This document shows, piece after piece, positions 61,029-64,000 of a stretch of DNA of 64,000 nt. The stretch covers positions 19,605 to 83,604 of the forward strand of contig JBPCLP010000005.1 in the NCBI GenBank assembly GCA_051003195.1, written 5' to 3'. The notes beneath the pieces are model-generated. The model had not been told where the DNA came from. It worked only from the letters and a program-made list of their open reading frames with translations, and made no database searches. A program made the translations under genes and the position numbers. Each line of letters opens with the position of its first letter. The first letter of the stretch is position 1. Origin of the DNA: Candidatus Sumerlaeaceae bacterium. GTDB taxonomy: Bacteria > Sumerlaeota > Sumerlaeia > Sumerlaeales > Sumerlaeaceae.

Positions 61029-62789
61029 ATGAAATTCTCACGCACGGTCGAAACACCTGTCTGGGAAACCAGGTCGGACGTACTTCTTACAGGCGAGAAG
61101 GGTGTGCTTGGCTTTAACGAAGTGCGGACGGTTCCGCAGCGCGAGATTATCAGCCAGCTAAACCGCTTGAAGACGGACGCAGTAAAGCCATTCCCCGTGT
61201 TGCTGGACTTAACCGCAATTGATGAATCGCAGCGGTTGGGGCGTGCAACGGGCGAGACGCACCGGTTTACGATGCAGTATGTACTGCTGAGCCCAGACCG
61301 CGGCGAGACGATCTGCCTGAAGGTACCCCTGGAGAGCGGTACGGAACCAAAGGTCGCGACCGCCAGCAAAGTTTATAAGAATGCCGACTGGTACGAGCGC
61401 GAAGTTTACGACATGTTCGGCATTAGCTTTGAGGGTCATCCGAACCTGCGGCGGATGCTGATGCCGGATTGGTGGAAAGGCTATCCGCTGCGCAAGGAAC
61501 ATCCCGGACGCGCGACAGAGATGGAACCGCTCGTGATCTCAGAACAGGACCTGAACGAGTTTGACGGTTACGAGACGTTCAGTAGTGGGGATTCGGCGGT
61601 GCGGATGAAGGGCGAGCATGGCGAGGATCTAATGATCCTGAACCTGGGCCCGAACCACCCGGGAACACACGGTGTTTTGCGTGTCGTGCTGACGCTGAAC
61701 GGCGAGTACATGGAGAAGGTGTACCCAGTGATAGGGTACCATCATCGGGCGCAGGAAAAGATCGCGGAGCGTCAGACGTACCACACGTACATCCCGTACA
61801 CGGATCGCGTCGATTACCTGGGCGGCACTTACAATGAGATGCCCTACGTGATGGCGTGCGAGAAACTGGCGGACATCAAAGTGCCAGAACGAGCCCTGGT
61901 GTTCCGTATCATGCTGGGTGAGATCTACCGCATCTGTAATCACCTGGTATGGTTTGGCACGCTGGGTCACGATGTCGGCGCGATGACACCGGTCTTTTAC
62001 ACGTTCCGTGAACGCGAGAACCTGTTCAAGATCGTGGAAATGATCACGGGTGGGCGGATGCACCCGAACTTCCTGCGGATTGGCGGGATGAGCATGGATT
62101 TGCCGCCGAACTGGCAGGAGCCGATTCGATACTTCCTGAAGGATTTTGGCAAGCACCTGAAGGAATACGACAACTTGCTGCTGCAGAATCCGATCTTCAA
62201 GTCGCGAACAAAGCAGGTTGGAGTGATGAGCCTGGCCGAATGCTGGGAGTGGGGCGTGAGCGGGCCCAACCTGCGCGCGAGCGGAACGAAGTGGGACGTG
62301 CGCAAGTCGATGCCGTACGGTGGATATGAGGCATTTGAATTCGATGTGCCGTCGTTGACCGACGGGGATTGCTGGGCGCGCGCGGCGTGCCGCCATGCGG
62401 AGATGGAGCAGAGTGCGCGCATCGTGGCGCAGTGCGTGGACATGATGCCGGAAGGCGAATACATTTCGCGGGATAACCGGTACGCTTTCCCACCGCCAAA
62501 AGCAGAGACGATGATGGACATCGAGGCGCTAATTAATCACTTCCTGGCGGTGGGCTGGGGATTGGATCTTCCGTCGGGCGAAAGCTGGATGATGGTGGAA
62601 CAGCCGAAGGGTGCGGGAGCATATCACGTGATCAGCGACGGGCGTACGTCGCCGTACCGCCTTCGCATCCGGGCACCAAGTTTTGCGCACATGCAGACAT
62701 TACCGGCACTGTGCGAAGGCGGACTTCTGAGCGACCTGCTGGCCGTGATCGGCGCGATGGATTATGTGCTGGCGGATGTGGACCGATGA
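61029..62789 (+). CDS. nuoCD: Fused NADH-quinone oxidoreductase subunit C/D
   Basis: YEREVYDMFG, PLRK, GPNHPGTHG, ADVDR. Confidence 0.95.
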   Translation: MKFSRTVETPVWETRSDVLLTGEKGVLGFNEVRTVPQREIISQLNRLKTDAVKPFPVLLDLTAIDESQRLGRATGETHRFTMQYVLLSPDRGETICLKVPLESGTEPKVATASKVYKNADWYEREVYDMFGISFEGHPNLRRMLMPDWWKGYPLRKEHPGRATEMEPLVISEQDLNEFDGYETFSSGDSAVRMKGEHGEDLMILNLGPNHPGTHGVLRVVLTLNGEYMEKVYPVIGYHHRAQEKIAERQTYHTYIPYTDRVDYLGGTYNEMPYVMACEKLADIKVPERALVFRIMLGEIYRICNHLVWFGTLGHDVGAMTPVFYTFRERENLFKIVEMITGGRMHPNFLRIGGMSMDLPPNWQEPIRYFLKDFGKHLKEYDNLLLQNPIFKSRTKQVGVMSLAECWEWGVSGPNLRASGTKWDVRKSMPYGGYEAFEFDVPSLTDGDCWARAACRHAEMEQSARIVAQCVDMMPEGEYISRDNRYAFPPPKAETMMDIEALINHFLAVGWGLDLPSGESWMMVEQPKGAGAYHVISDGRTSPYRLRIRAPSFAHMQTLPALCEGGLLSDLLAVIGAMDYVLADVDR

Positions 62790-63289
62790 CGCCGCCTACG
62801 TACGAAGTTTCCTTCGATGCGGACCGCATGGTGCAGAACCTGTTGTGGGCGCCATCGTTTCTACGGGAACTGCTATCCAACATTCCCGCGGAGATGCTGA
62901 AGCAGGCGCGCAAGCCTGGCAAGTGGACGATCCATGAACATGCCGTCCACATGACGATGGTGGACGATATTATGATCCCGCGATTGGAGGCGTTTCGCTC
63001 ACAGGCGGAGCCCAAGATTGTTCCGTACAATCCGTCGGAGGCCGAGAAGGCGGGCAGCCTGCTGGAGATGGAGCTGAACGCGCGGCTTGATTGCTTTGAT
63101 GATTCGCGGGAACGTTTAATCGATGCGTTCAGCCTGTTGAATCCTGCGGACTATGACAAGCACGCCGATCATCCGGAATATAGAGAGTACACCCCGCGTG
63201 TGATGTTGCGCCACCTGATGATGCACGACTATCTGCATTGTTATCGAATCGAGGAGCTGTGGCTTACGAGAGATGAGCGCCTGAATTAG
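62786..63289 (+). CDS. DinB-family protein
   Basis: PGKWTIHEHAVH, HDYLH. Confidence 0.85.
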   Translation: MTPPTYEVSFDADRMVQNLLWAPSFLRELLSNIPAEMLKQARKPGKWTIHEHAVHMTMVDDIMIPRLEAFRSQAEPKIVPYNPSEAEKAGSLLEMELNARLDCFDDSRERLIDAFSLLNPADYDKHADHPEYREYTPRVMLRHLMMHDYLHCYRIEELWLTRDERLN

Positions 63290-63862
63290 ATGAACGCAAC
63301 CGATGCAAAAGTACTAGCGCAGCGCGCCAGTGGCGAGTTGATCCGCTCGAATCAAGAAGCGGACAAGTTGCCCCCGTTGCCTGCAGAGTTGCGCGAGCTG
63401 CTTTCGGAGCATTGCACACACTATGCGAACCGGCGCGTCGGACTGATCTGGGTGATGCAGCAGTTGCAGGCCTACTACGGCGGCTGGCTTCCGAACCGCG
63501 CAATCTATGAAGCCGCAGAGATTGTGGGCATCGCACCTCCTGATGCCGAGGGTGTTGCTACTTTCTTTAACTGGTTCTTTCGTGAGCCGGTTGGACGAAA
63601 GATTATCGTCGTATGCGATTCCATTTCCTGTTACCTTGGCGGATACGATCGCAATCGCGAGCACCTGGAAAACAAACTTGGAATTCGCATGGGCGAGACG
63701 ACGCCGGATGGTGAGTACACGCTGCTGCCGATCGTGTGTCTTGGAAATTGTGATAAGGCCCCGACGATGATGGTGGGCGAGGATCTTCACGATAACGTGA
63801 CGCCGGAACTGTTGGAAAAGATTTTCCAGAACTACGGCACCATGGCTGGAGCAACCACATGA
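63290..63862 (+). CDS. nuoE: NADH-quinone oxidoreductase subunit E
   Basis: CDSISC, CLGNC 2Fe-2S ligands. Confidence 0.95.
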   Translation: MNATDAKVLAQRASGELIRSNQEADKLPPLPAELRELLSEHCTHYANRRVGLIWVMQQLQAYYGGWLPNRAIYEAAEIVGIAPPDAEGVATFFNWFFREPVGRKIIVVCDSISCYLGGYDRNREHLENKLGIRMGETTPDGEYTLLPIVCLGNCDKAPTMMVGEDLHDNVTPELLEKIFQNYGTMAGATT

Positions 63863-63890
63863 AGTGCATCAAACTTCAGCCCCTTCACTG

Positions 63891-63937
63891 CAAAGCGAAA
63901 GCAAGCTTTCGCACTCCAAAGCATGCGTTCCGCATGC
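63891..63937. repeat. REP-like palindromes between nuoE and the next gene
   Basis: GCGAAAGC-aa-GCTTTCGC-ACTCCAAA, then GCATGCG-ttc-CGCATGC. Confidence 0.6.
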
Positions 63938-63959
63938 CGGATTTTGCGAGGGCTTGCTG

Positions 63960-64000
63960 ATGCCGGAAGTGAAAGTCATTACCAGGAACTTCGATCTGCA
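63960..64000 (+). CDS. nuoF: Probable start of nuoF (runs off the window)
   Basis: ATG MPEVKVITRNFDL after GAGG; identity rests on operon order only. Confidence 0.5.
   Translation, partial: MPEVKVITRNFDL

Overview
A GC-rich bacterial chromosomal window. It is probably Candidatus Sumerlaeota (BRC1), inferred from the prepilin family at 57.5 kb and the short C-terminal tails on secreted proteins. Core genes: XPB/Rad25-type helicase (partial), tRNA-Gln(CUG), cymR-cysK, uvrA with a LexA-type box, nadB, ftsH, msrB and the start of the nuo operon (A, B, CD, an inserted DinB gene, E, start of F). These alternate with secreted carbohydrate-active proteins, signalling proteins (FHA-GAF kinase, PAS kinase plus sigma-54 regulator, Ser/Thr kinase-WD40), toxin-antitoxin genes and gene remnants. 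Best leads: (1) a mirror-symmetric non-coding repeat architecture at 47.1-47.85 kb and 53.3-53.7 kb that brackets a GH27/MNT-HEPN/ankyrin cargo with no mobility enzyme; (2) a shared 'PAAxxEWxxY' C-terminal tail on unrelated secreted proteins, a candidate sorting signal; (3) two tandem Tyr-rich secreted mini-proteins behind a sigma-54-type promoter, next to a double-cohesin protein; (4) an internally deleted hicA missed by the ORF track; (5) a structured intergenic RNA candidate beside the tRNA. All calls come from motif recognition by eye; no searches or folding were run.
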